A stretch of 64,000 nt of DNA from a virus (Duplodnaviria > Caudoviricetes), in IMG/VR virus record IMGVR_UViG_3300021400_000347, positions 32,001-96,000 of that record. One strand, 5' to 3'. The notes under the pieces are model-generated. The model did not search any database. It saw nothing but the letters and a program-made list of their open reading frames with translations, and was not told the DNA's origin. The position numbers and the translations under genes were made by a program. Below, piece by piece: positions 22,317 to 34,600 of this stretch (position 1 is its first letter; the number at the start of each line of letters is the position of its first letter).

Positions 22317-22573
22317 TGGATAACGACCAATTACTAATTGATGAGTTAACCGATGAGTTAACCTCGGAAATTAATAACAGGACGGCGCATTCACTTAATC
22401 GCGCGCAGCGCCGCGCATTAATGAAAAAGACTTCCAAGAAGAATCGGCAGTCTGCTGATTTAATTAATGAAACCACAAAGAAACTATCATATATCAATTT
22501 AATTCAAAAACTAAGACAACTAAACAAAGAAAAGGAGAATGATAACGATGAAGATTCTACTAAAGACAACTGA
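22316..22573 (+). CDS. Hypothetical protein
   Basis: 85 aa, GGAGG RBS, LNRAQRRA motif. Confidence 0.65.
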   Translation: MDNDQLLIDELTDELTSEINNRTAHSLNRAQRRALMKKTSKKNRQSADLINETTKKLSYINLIQKLRQLNKEKENDNDEDSTKDN

Positions 22574-22754
22574 TGTATACCGTGTTAATGACGAAGACGA
22601 GGCCGTGCGCCTGATTGAGGACTTTAAGAGCCGCCAGAACAGTGAAGCCTATTCTCTAACCAAGTCTGGTTATGTGCTTAAGAACAAGAAGCAAAAGGGC
22701 GAGATTATTGATGAGTGGGCTGTTGTGACACTAGAGCGCACTTTTAATGAATGA
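22548..22754 (+). CDS. Hypothetical protein
   Basis: AAGGAG RBS and coding-like codon usage. Start could be 22539. Confidence 0.65.
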   Translation: MKILLKTTDVYRVNDEDEAVRLIEDFKSRQNSEAYSLTKSGYVLKNKKQKGEIIDEWAVVTLERTFNE

Positions 22755-22765
22755 GGTGAATAAAT

Positions 22766-23572
22766 ATGTCTGAACTATTTACAGCAGATGTAATTGACAA
22801 TAATCCAGATTTGGCTCAATTTGTTGGGCTGTTTGACGATATTATGAAGCTACCAGACGAGTCTTTAAATAGCACTACGTTTGATATGTATAAGAATGTT
22901 GTAGCCGCTATCCTAACTCCTGAGACTCGCAAGCAGAGTATCAATGATACAATTGAGAAGTGCCGCGCTGAAGGCATCTCTCGTCCGGCCTTCGCCCACA
23001 TCGTTGAGCAGACCAAGACTAGCCTCGCAGACTATATTAACGGCCTGAAGCCATCCGCCGCGAAGCGCGAGATGCTAGAGCTAGTTGCTCGAACCGTAAC
23101 TGATATGTTTGATGAAGCATATGAGCAGTACAACGCCGAAGATTTCAAGCTCGCTATGCGGCTAGACCCAGGCGCACACGAGCCCACTTACGCGCACTCC
23201 ACTGATGCGGCCGCGGATCTATATGCTCTCGAAGATATGGTACTTCCGGCCCATTCCCTAAGCAATAAGGTACGGACTGGCGTATATATTGCGCTCCCAG
23301 ATCGTTGGATGGCACTAATCCTCCCTCGTTCCAGTATTGGCGCGAAGACAGGGCTACGGCTAAGCAATAGTGTTGGAGTTATTGATAGCGAGTATCGCGG
23401 TGAGATTGGTGTACTTTATGACAACATTTCCGATTCTGATTATACTATTCATGCCGGTGATCGCATCGCGCAGATGCTAATCATGCCGGCGCATAGCTTT
23501 GCTGCTAATGTTGTTGATATCCTTCCTGCTAGCGACCGAGGGGAAGGAGGATTTGGCAGCACGGGTAAGTAA
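22766..23572 (+). CDS. dut: Trimeric dUTPase with ~125-aa N-terminal extension
   Basis: AAADL, PRSSIG, GVIDSEYRGE, GDRIAQ and RGEGGFGSTG. Confidence 0.93.
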   Translation: MSELFTADVIDNNPDLAQFVGLFDDIMKLPDESLNSTTFDMYKNVVAAILTPETRKQSINDTIEKCRAEGISRPAFAHIVEQTKTSLADYINGLKPSAAKREMLELVARTVTDMFDEAYEQYNAEDFKLAMRLDPGAHEPTYAHSTDAAADLYALEDMVLPAHSLSNKVRTGVYIALPDRWMALILPRSSIGAKTGLRLSNSVGVIDSEYRGEIGVLYDNISDSDYTIHAGDRIAQMLIMPAHSFAANVVDILPASDRGEGGFGSTGK

Positions 23573-24318
23573 TGCCAATTAATATTTATACTGTCACTAA
23601 TCATCTAGAAGATAATGGTTGGAAACTGATTAGTGACAGTTATAAAAACTTAAATACAGAATTAGAAATGATGTGCCCGAAAGGACATAGATAGTTCCAA
23701 ACCTATGGCAATTGGCGCAAACATATGATTTGCGAGCAATGTATGGGCGGTAATGGAAAAAAAGTTAAAAAAAATAATGTGCCAATCAAACCGATTGACA
23801 CGTAGAGGATTTTAGCACTTGACGCGGCTACAGGCATAACAGGGTATGCTGTGTATGATAATCATGAGTTGGTCGCTTATGGAACATTTAAAACAGATAA
23901 TATGTTAGAAGCACCAGCCCGTATAAATTAGGTAAAAAAGTGGTTAGAGGATGCTATAAAGAATTGGGAGCCAGATTTCGTAGGAGTAGAGAATATTTAG
24001 CTCTAGAAATATGGTGCGGCCGCAAGTCAGGTCCAGGCCAAGACATTTTAGACTTTAGCCAACTTACAAGGAGTAATAATTGATACACTATTTGAGCAAT
24101 GTATTGATTATGATTTAGTCTACTCAAGCGAATGGCGCAAGTACTGCGGCATTAGCGAGGGAGATGCGCATAGAGAGAATAAGAAAAAGGCCGCGCAAGA
24201 TAAGGTTAAACTATGGTATAATTAGGATTGTACACAAGATGAAGCTGACGCAATTTGTATAGGAAAATATTTTTGTGGAAAATTAAAAAGAACTTGGGGT
24301 GAAAGTATTTATGATTGA
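23572..24318 (+). CDS. ruvC: RuvC-like Holliday junction resolvase with N-terminal Zn ribbon (7 TAG; absent from ORF track)
   Basis: CPKGH...CEQC, then RILALDAATGITGYAV, VGVEN, WRKYCG and DEADAICIG. Confidence 0.85.
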
Positions 24319-24694
24319 ACTAACAGTACAGGAAATGATTGATAGTATCCCAACTTTGCGGGAACTAAGTAATAAGCAGCTTAAGAGTAAGGTTGCTTAT
24401 CGTGTAGCCAGACTTCTGCGTGAAGTACAGGCCGAGAGTGAAACATTTGAAACCGCGCGCGTGAACCTAATTAAGCTATATGGTGCGAAGGATGAGAATG
24501 GCAATCTTAAGACCGATGAAAATGGTAATACTTATATTGAGCAAGATAAGATTGCTGAGTTTAATAGTGAGCTAACTGATTTGCTCACTAATAAGATCAC
24601 TATTAATGGTGATAAGCTAAATATTGATGATTTAGGTGATGAAACTTTTACTCCTCAGCAGATGCTAAGCTTTAGTGCGTTCCTTGATGAGTAA
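24311..24694 (+). CDS. Hypothetical phage protein
   Basis: 127 aa, TAA stop before the terminator. Confidence 0.7.
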   Translation: MIELTVQEMIDSIPTLRELSNKQLKSKVAYRVARLLREVQAESETFETARVNLIKLYGAKDENGNLKTDENGNTYIEQDKIAEFNSELTDLLTNKITINGDKLNIDDLGDETFTPQQMLSFSAFLDE

Positions 24695-24738
24695 AAAAAT
24701 AAGTGCCCCTCCCGTAATGGGAGGGGCTTATTTTTTTA
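24694..24738. terminator. Bidirectional terminator between convergent modules
   Basis: AAAAAAATAAG-tGCCCCTCCC-gtaat-GGGAGGGGC-TTATTTTTTT. Confidence 0.85.
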
Positions 24739-27700
24739 TGGATAATAGTAAACTGTACAAGGCACACGAGATGTGGTTGTATCATTAGTACAAATTAATC
24801 TTATATTACTAATTGAAAAGTTTCGACTGGTAACAGTACCGCCGTTAATGGAAACGGACGCGGAAATATAATAATATATATCTGTATCTTCTTTACATAA
24901 ATTATATGTTTCTGGTTCCTATAGTTTTACAGTGCAAATACTGCCAGTGCCATCACCGACTGCTCCAGAGTAACCAACTGAGTTAATTGGATTTGCTGTA
25001 TAAGCGCTATTAGAAAACTATAATCTAACAGGAGCCGATGAATAATTATTACTGTTCATGGCAGTATTTGATAAATAAATTGTAAAATTATCAATAGAAA
25101 CAGAACCGCCGCTGTTCTATTCTCGAGTCGGTCCTTTAAACGTAAGCGCCATCTAATATTGATAAAAAGAAGCGCCATCCCCAAAAGATGTAGTATTACC
25201 GCCCGCCTATGTTAAATGACCAGTTAAACTAATTGAATAAGAATTGCTGGTTCCAGTTCCGCTTAAATTTGAACAATTATAAGTAATTGAAGAATCATAG
25301 AAAGGTCTAATTAAGACCCAATCATGCTAACCGTTCATTTCCCCTTCGATGCCCTCTACACTGCTTCTCCATGCATCAGCCCCGTCGGCATTGGGGTTCA
25401 TAATAATAATATCCCCTCTACTCCAAACATCTTCACCGTTAATCTAAATCGCGGCGGAATTAACCTATAATCCATTTTGACCCATAATAATAGAAACATC
25501 GTTATCATTAGTGTCGCGAGTATTTAAACTAATGCCATTAGAATTCATATGAATATAATTATCATTACTATAATCAAAATTAATACAAGTCTAATTAATT
25601 GTAACCGCGGCTTCATTTCCATTCTTAGCAATAATTATACCTGTATCGTAATTTGTATTTGCGCCGATTAATAAATTATCAGTAGAAGTAATAGCAACTT
25701 TATATGTATTTCCATTCCATTGATAATTAGAACTTATTCCATCAATCGTAAAATTGTCAGGAATTGTAGGAGCATCACTAATATTACTATAAGGAATTTT
25801 TACCCCTTGTGCTAACTAAAAACTGGTAGCAGTAATTGCTCCTTCAATAATCGCATCAGTAGCTCTTAATTGTCCCGATTTAGTTACACTAAAATGCGCG
25901 TATGTTGTAACACCATTTTCAGTCTTTTCTGGAGATTCATCCCCAGCCCATAACGCATAAGCATTGGTACTGTCACTATTTAAACCAACATAGCTTGTAT
26001 TAGCACCAGAGTGTAATGAATTAGTATCTATAGTCCATCCGCCTATAGCGCCACTAGTAGCTGTTATTGCGCCAGTGATATTTAAATCACCAGTATCAGG
26101 ATCGGCATAAAACACTTCTTGCCCAGCATAATTTCTTAATTTAAACCCATCCCAACTAATTTCTACTCTATCAACATCTTGATTTGTAGTCACTAAACTG
26201 CCTTCAATATGCGTTCCCTCGCCATTTTCATTAGCGACTTCTTGTTCATTTATTCCAACTATTGCGCCGCTTAACGCACGCAAAAATAATCCTTCACTAT
26301 TATGAACAACATATTGTTTACTATCATACCCGGCATTATTAATAGTATCATTTAATTGTGTTGATAAGCTTTCTCTATTCTTAATAACAGGAGTTTCTTG
26401 ATCATCCTCTGTCCTATTAAGCTAATTGCTAATAGTCTAGCTGTTAGTTTTATATGCGAATAAACCATCAGCGTTTAATTGAAATCTTAAGGTGTCTCCA
26501 GCATATACCCTAATTCTATTAGTATCTAACTACCCAGTAGTAATCAAATCCGCATTAATTCCAGCTGGTGTAATACCTGTATTCCAAATCCAATTATCAT
26601 TTTCATCTTTACGAGTAGCAGTAAATATACCGCCGCCGCGCATAGCAACTACACCGCTATCACTTGTAGCCCAAATGCCATTTGCGTTATCAATCGTCAA
26701 AGTGCCTTGATTAAATTGATAATCTAAATTAGCATGACGCATTGTATTAGCAATAGTATCTTCATTAATATTTCCATCCGCGGTAAAAGCCGCCGCGGCC
26801 AGACCTATTGTTGCTGAGTTCTTCTACATCTATTGCGTCTGCGCGACAATAGTAGAGAAGAGATCCTCAAATTTATTTTTGTAATTCTTTATTTTAACAG
26901 AATCTTCCCAAGGCTTGTCTAAAGAAAGTTCTAGCTCCGAGACATAACCTAAAACATTTCTAAATTGAAGTTCATAGTCATTAATGCTGGCGATATGCCC
27001 TAGTAAATTATATGCTTCTTCAATTAGCTATTTGTTAATTACATTTAAAGACACTTCATATTCTACCTTTGGATATGCGTTCTATTTTGCGATTTCTAAC
27101 GCATCTAAATAAATGGAAGTGGTTGCGTTAGAAATAGAATAGCTTAATTCTACAGGAATATCATTATTATACCAATTTGTAATAAATGATCTAATATATG
27201 GAGAAATGAAATAAGCATCATAAACTTCATTCTAGGTAGTTACATGCTATGAAAGTACGCTATAATCGACGAACTCTGCGAGCATTCTATCGGCATAGCG
27301 CAGGAGTAGTTCATCGGAAGAGGTCTTTAAATACATATTCGCTATTTGAATATGAGGATAATAAAGATCATTGTCAGCGCTACATTGACCAAAAGAAAAT
27401 ACCTAATTAGAATCAATAAAAGATAGTTCATCATTATCATTAAACTTGATTATACCGATTTTTGGATCAGAATGTTGAATATGCTCTGCTTCAGGAGTAG
27501 TATAAACACAACTTACCTCCCCGTTTGTAGCAGTAATTGTTTGCTTACTTACTCCGGCAGTAATATTAAAATAATAATATTCTAATCCTTTGTCTGTGAT
27601 AATTTCCTATGTATTGCCCTATACGTCAGTATAGGTAATCGTCATAGCAGGCCACTCGTTCTCAACTTGCTAATTATTTTTCACAGCCACACCGATAGTT

Positions 27701-30084
27701 GTGCCCTATTTCGCATTAACTACAGACGTATTAGTACAATTTTCCCAATTAATTTGGCCAGAAGTTGTAATGGCGTCAAATGTTGCATCATCAATACTAT
27801 CTTCCTAAGTGCCAGTCAATAATAGCACAGGAATATACTTATCGCCCTCTTTAACGATAGCATACTACATCCTTGAGCCAATAGTATATACTTTTCTAAA
27901 AGCTAAAGTGTGATGTGCTGGATCAGTGTCGCGGCTATCATAGAAAATAAAACTAAATTGATCTTTACCAGTTGTATTAATCCAACTCATCAGTTCTTGG
28001 CTGATTCTAATATAATAATAATATTGACGTTCCTAACTAACGCCAATCTCATAATATGCCTTCTATTCGCCAAACTCGTCCTGCGGCGGCTACCAGATAA
28101 CCGTGGGCTAAGCATATTTGCTTAATTTGCCGTTTATTTTCTTTAAGTCCTTGGTCACCGCATTTTTGTCACCATAGTCCTTATAATCATCTTCTGGCTG
28201 CCAATATCCTTCACGGATGGCCGCGCCCATAATGCGCTCAAATTCAGCAATTCGCGCGCGCTTCTTCTCGAGAGCAGTTGAAAGGTTAGGCAAAACGTTA
28301 TTGTTTAAAGTATTATTTAAATTCTCAACTTGTTCATCTGCCTTCTCCTTTTCATCCTCATCCTTATTTAATTTCTATTGCCACATTTTTTTAACAGCTT
28401 CATAATATAGCTGTGGCGCATAGGTATAGACGGCATAGAAGAATGCTGATGAATTGATTGTTTCATCGCTCTCTTCGGTTAATGTCTTTGTTAGCACGAT
28501 ATTCTCAATGCGAGTTAAGTAACCAAATTCATCTGTAATAATTTTAGCATTTTCTAAGCTAATTTTCGTGTCTGGATTAACTTTATTAGTGCTAAAATTT
28601 TTCTTCTCATATAACTTAATACTACCAGCTAAGATACCTTTTTCGGTTAGTTCAACGTAGTAAGTATATTTATATAAATTAGGCCCATCCTCTTGTTCGA
28701 TTTTTTCCATATCCTAACTTGGAATAGCTGTTACCGGTTTAGAAATCTCTAACTGTGCTAAATCAATAACGCCAGTATTGTTAGTGATTTGATTCAACAA
28801 ATCATCCGCGGCAGAAAGCTACTCTTTATCACCTTTAATAGAGTTTTCTAGAATCGTCTAGCGCGCAAGCAGGCCATTTGTGGTATTATTAAGTAAATAC
28901 TCAATGTTACGCTACTCAGCCTGTAGCGTAGAAATCTCATTATTTAATTTCTTAATATCAACTTCAAATTGCTTAAGCTCTTCTTCCTAGTCAGGAGTAA
29001 TACAACCGATAGTTTTTAGATAATCGAAATTAAGAATATAATCCTCACCGAGCTTATTTGCTTCGGTATTCATAATCGTAAGAGCTTCTCCGCTATCGTT
29101 TCCACCACCACCAGGTTCTAGAACGAATAGCTTTGTGGCTACATCATTAGCATCACTGGTACGGGTTACCTCGGACGTATCATATGGATAATTTATATCA
29201 AATGTGCCTTCGCCCTCCATAAGATACTCATCATAATATATAACTTTTTTCCCAGTGATTTCAAAGGTCACAGGATTATGTTCATATTCATATCGGCAGA
29301 AGACACCAAAAGTTTTCGCAATGTTTTGCGTTAAATTATAAACATTACTATCTTTTTCATCAATTAAACGGCACTTTTCTTTACCGACTTCATAATTAGT
29401 AGAAACCAATTTATTATCCTGAACCGTCCAAGAAGATACGTAGTCATCTTCATAAACCTTATCCGCGGCTAAACCTTTACCCTGATTCATAGCGTGGGAC
29501 ATTCTTACTTCATATGTCCATTGCCATTTATTCTTCCCATCTAGTGTAAAAATCTTATCATTCCAATACTGAATATTGTTTATTGGCAAAGGTGGCCGTT
29601 CCTATGTCAGCTCATCAGGAACTGCTTCAAACGCCTCATTATATTCATTGTAATAGGCGTCTTTCTATAAAGCAATACGGTATCCAATTTTTCCTAATTC
29701 GTGGAAAGCTAATCCTTCACAATTAACTTCACATGTAAGCTAAAATCCGGAATGCTTCTCGCTCACTTTAGTAATAAGCATTTCATATATAACCGGTTTA
29801 TTACTGCCTTTCTTAAAGATAAGCTTAATCTTCCTTAGCGCGGCGACTAGGTTACCATTTATCTTGTTTACCCATAGTGGATTCTGTATTCTCCTTCCTT
29901 CGGCATTCATGTAATACATTGGTATAGAAAAGCTAAATTCTTCGGTTCCATCATCCTTAATGGAAAATTTAGGCTCCTATAATTGACCTTTTATCTCTAC
30001 ATCATAGGGCTTCAGGACAGATAGAAATCTGTCCTGAAGCGTCCATATAGAGACTTCATAATTTCTTACCATACGCTCATACAT
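24736..30084 (-). CDS. Tail tip/baseplate hub (Tal-like) fused to host-specificity fibre, ~1782 aa, many TAG
   Basis: Five ORF-track fragments share one frame and each ends in TAG. WNTGITPAGINADLITTG(Q)L and GAITATSGAIGGWTI fibre motifs. GGAGG RBS. Confidence 0.8.
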
Positions 30085-30108
30085 TATTCAGTCTCCTCCT
30101 TTAACTCA

Positions 30109-31674
30109 TTATAAGTATCTATTTCTGTATTCAATATTGAAATTATCTAATTCACAATCAGCAGTTACAGGCGTACACTCATTTTCTGTAACTACATTGT
30201 CGCTATTAAAATAATTTCTATCAGTCAAATATAGGTATTTATCATATACCATGTCTCCAACATTTTCTTCAACTACATATGGAGTCAATTCAATATTTGT
30301 TACGGTTTCCCCATTTTCCTCTGTTGTCTTTGTTTCATATTTATTAATAGTAAACTTACCAGTGGCTTCTCCAGTCGCGGAATTAAAAGTAAATTCACAC
30401 GGCTATATGCTCTCGCCAAATAACTTTTTCATTTCTGTAATAAAGCTATTAGTAAAACCATTTGAAATAACACCTGTGGAACGATCCACATTTTCACTAA
30501 CCTTATTTAATGCCTACAATGCCCACGCGCGCGAATAGTACTCGTGAACGTCATCCATAAGTTTTAGTCTAATATCATTGATATTATTTCCAGATGAGAA
30601 AGAAGATACAACTTTAATTGCTGTATTATAGCCAGTTAAAATGCCAGGCGTAGTAAACTTAAACTCCTATGTTCCAACATTAATTTTATTGTAGTTCGCA
30701 TATTCATTAGCATTCTGCGTATGTACTTCTTTATAAATATTATTAGATGGGAAATTAATATATCCTTCATCACTATATGTAGGAGTAAGTGAGAAAGATA
30801 GCTTCGTTGGTGCCTTCGCCGTCCCGGCATAAAAAATATAAGCAGTTGAATTATTACCAGTTGTGCTAATCTAAATTTTAGTAATGGCCAACCTATCACC
30901 AACGTGCGCCTAGCCAACAATCGGGGCACTTGAAGCAACACGCTCTCTACCACTCATAAAAGGCTTTGAGGTTAAATCAGCACTGATCATGCTCCTAGTA
31001 GGCACTCCATCCTCAAAAATAATCTTTAATATATCATCATCTTGAAGAGTAGAAACCCATTGATTATTTACGTTATAATGTGAATCAGGGAGAATATTTT
31101 CGCGCGAATACCAATATGGATCGTCCATTACAAATTTTAAATCAATTTCTCCGCGGTAAACTGTCGTAGATACCTAATAAGTTTTACTATTGCCCCCTAT
31201 ATTAATCGTTTTCTCGCTTACTTTCTAGAAGGGTAATAAATGGTACTAAGGAACCTCTGAAACACGCGCCATTATCGCGCGATTGGGGTGTTCTGCGAGA
31301 ACTAGTTCTTTTGGCGGCCCGGGAGTAAACATACGTTTAAACTTCTCTAACAATGCTTCTTCAATCTCATCTGTTGCTAAAGTTAATGATAAAGAATTAG
31401 TAGTATAATGCGTGCCCCAATAAAATTGGCCATCAATTACATTATATGTACTTGTGCTATCTTCAAAATTAGCATAGATGTTCCTATCCATCCTATCTCC
31501 GCTAACCACAGAAACAAAGTTAAAATCTTCAATATTTTCTCCACCATAGGTGAAGCTAATGAAAGAACGATGCATGAGAGGCAGACGATTGTCTGCCCCA
31601 TCATGCGTTGCCTAGTATACCTAAGTTCTTACCGGTTTATTACTCGGTTCTTCATTTCCAATTAAATTTGCCAT
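30109..31674 (-). CDS. Distal tail (Dit-like) protein, ~521 aa, TAG-containing
   Basis: Follows the tape measure gene. SFTYGGENIEDF...KFVMDDPYWY. Fragments are in one frame. Confidence 0.7.
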
Positions 31675-31681
31675 TACTCCT

Positions 31682-34600
31682 TTACCTCCTTATTGAATTA
31701 ACGCTTGTTTTGCGCGCAATCTTTAAGATTTCGTCCATAGCTGTATCAGCAGCTTGACGTACATCATAATCGTTCGCGATTGAAGCGACATTCATATTTA
31801 ACGTAATACCACCAAAATCGGTGCTTGTGCCAATTGATGAATAGTCAGGTTGATTGTTAAGTACATTACGGAAATCAAGTAGAAGATTCGCTAGTGAATT
31901 AGAGCCACCGGAGCTAAGGATTTGATTCTTCCATAGTTGAGTCTCTTCTGCGTTCAAGAAGGCTTCTGGCTTGGATTTAGAACCGTGAACCATTGCCAGA
32001 CCAGTATAATCGGCTAGGCCACCTTGAGAGTAAGCATAAGCTTTAATACCTGTCGCTCCTTTTGGCAGTTTTGCTTTCTTTATTGCTTCTTCTGGCGATG
32101 ATGCACCAACTTGTACTGAACGTAGCGCGCTAGGATTGGAGCCTTCTCCTCCATAATACTGAACAATATATCCTGCATATTGAAGAGTCCCCTTTATTGT
32201 TTGACCAGCTTCTGTTATAGTAATTTCCGCTGGGGTGGCTGTACTAAAAGTATACCCAGCGAAAGAACGTTTATGATTAGCTGTTACAACTTTTGAACCG
32301 ACTTTTATAGTTAAATTGTCTGTACCTAATGTCTTGCCCGTAGTTGTTTTGTGTTCAAGAATTACATATCCAACTCCAGAAGCTTTTGTTCCACCAGTAG
32401 AACCAGTATCTATCTACTCAGGCTCCAGACTATTATCCTCTGCAGGCTTCTCTGGCTTCGGCATAAGTACCTTCATAGCCTCATTCGCGGCTGCGCCGGC
32501 CTTATTCGGATCGTCAGTCGTCTTATAACCACGTACATATGCCTAACGTATCTCATTTTCATGCTCACTAGCGCCAGGCATACCCTTAATACCATTCCAG
32601 AAAACCTCCCAGTTATAGTCGGTTTCTTCTTGCATTTTGGCATCCTTGGCATAAGCGAAGTATTGTTCGATTTCACCAGACATCTTACGAGTTTCTTCAA
32701 GCTAAGCAAGCTCAGACATACTCATATTTTCAGGAGTGTTAGCATTAATGTAATTAACTAGCTACTCAGGAGTACTAGCATTAATTACTTTATAAACTTC
32801 TGCCCAGAGTAAGCCATGCTCCTTATCATATGCCAATGCCTTGGTCATTAAATCAATCTAATGATCAAGTCTCTCGATTTGCTTATCAGACGCACTCTAA
32901 ATAGCATCAATAGTTCTCTATTGCGCATCAAAGTACGCATCCTGATCGCGCTATGCAATCTCATCTTGTAAACTCTTAATTTCAGCCGCGGAACCGCCGG
33001 AACGTTGTAGTATGGCTAACTAACGACGCATACGTTCAGTCTCAGACTGCGTATCATTAGTTTCATACATATCACGTTCACGATCAAGTTGCTCACTTAA
33101 GCCATCTAAGAATTTACCAGTGCTATCTTCAATTGCATCACGCTCATCCTAAGCCTAATCAATTTCCTACTGACGAATATTTTCTACAGCTTTAAGAACC
33201 CTATCCTCAACAGCTCTTTGATTATCAATAATTTCTTGGAGAATCTTATTACGCTTATCGTCCAAATCAATAATAGTTTCGCGATGCTCTTTAACTTCAT
33301 CGTTTAGCTAATCAATTTCTTCTTTCCGCTCGTTCATCCAGTCATCGAAGTTCTTCATGATAGCTTCGTAGCCGCCTTCTTTGGAAGTGTCAATCTTCTT
33401 GCCACTAGTATCGTACATGATTTCATTCATGTCCATACCCCAAGCTTTGAGTAATGCAACCTACTCCTTTACATTATAAGTAGGCTTACCATACTCATCG
33501 CGCTCATAGAGCTTACCAAGCGCGCGCAAGCCACCATGATCACCATTGGCCATAGTTGCTTCGTCATTGAAAATAAGCATGCCGGATTCTTCATCCATCC
33601 TCATTATTTTTCCGAAGAAACTATTTTCCAAATCTTTTACTTTGTGATCTAAATAATCTTGTTGTAAATCTGCTAGCTATTGTTCATAACTTGCCTGAGA
33701 CTTAATGGCCGCTAATGAGCGCTTCTGGCTCTCATAATATGCGTTACCATTAATTTCACGGTCGCTTAAGATCTTAGTACGAAGTTTCTCTTCATAATTA
33801 ATTTGTTTCTCAAGAGCGGCGATTTTCTGCATTAAGGTGTACCAACGGTCAAGATCTGCAATGAAAGAACCGAGATCCCCTCCGCCACCGCCACCGCCAC
33901 CGGCTTTTTTACCAAGATCGCCAATGGATAGCGATGCTAACTGTTTCCACATGGCGCGTAGTTGCTTCAAAGATGCTAGAGCATCAGCCGCGCTAGCCAT
34001 CGCAGGTCCGCCTTTAATATTTCCGGTTGCAAGTGAAGTTGCTTTTCGTTCATTAGTTACAGCACGTCCACGACTATTAGCTGTGCCATGCGCGAGAAGC
34101 GAAGCAGTTTGTAAGTGATTAAATACAATCGCATCCTCAGCAAGATTGACCATTTCAGGTCCATTCTAGCCTACTACAAAATACCTACCGCCAGAAACTA
34201 CGAGTTCAGGACCAAGCTCGCCCATTAAAGTGGAGCCGCCAGCCATTGCATTGCCGGTTGCCAAACCTACATTACCAGTTGCCTGTGGAGAAGCATTGTT
34301 CCCTGCACCTTTTTGGATGTCTTGCTTAACTGGATTTCTAAGTCCTTCAGCGCGATTAGAATAAATAGTAGTAAGAACTGAATTAGTTCCAACATTAATA
34401 TTCTGTCTAACAGGAGTGCGCCCAGCAACAGTTTGGTTATCTTTTAATGCCTATTGTACCTTAGTGACATCGGCAGTGATATTCATCGTTGCGAGTGCTT
34501 CAGCTACTTCGTTTATAAGTTTTGCGATTTTTTCTCTTGCGGGCTCAATATCTGCATCTAAAGAAAGATCGGGTAAAGCAGGTACCGTAAGATTGCCTGA

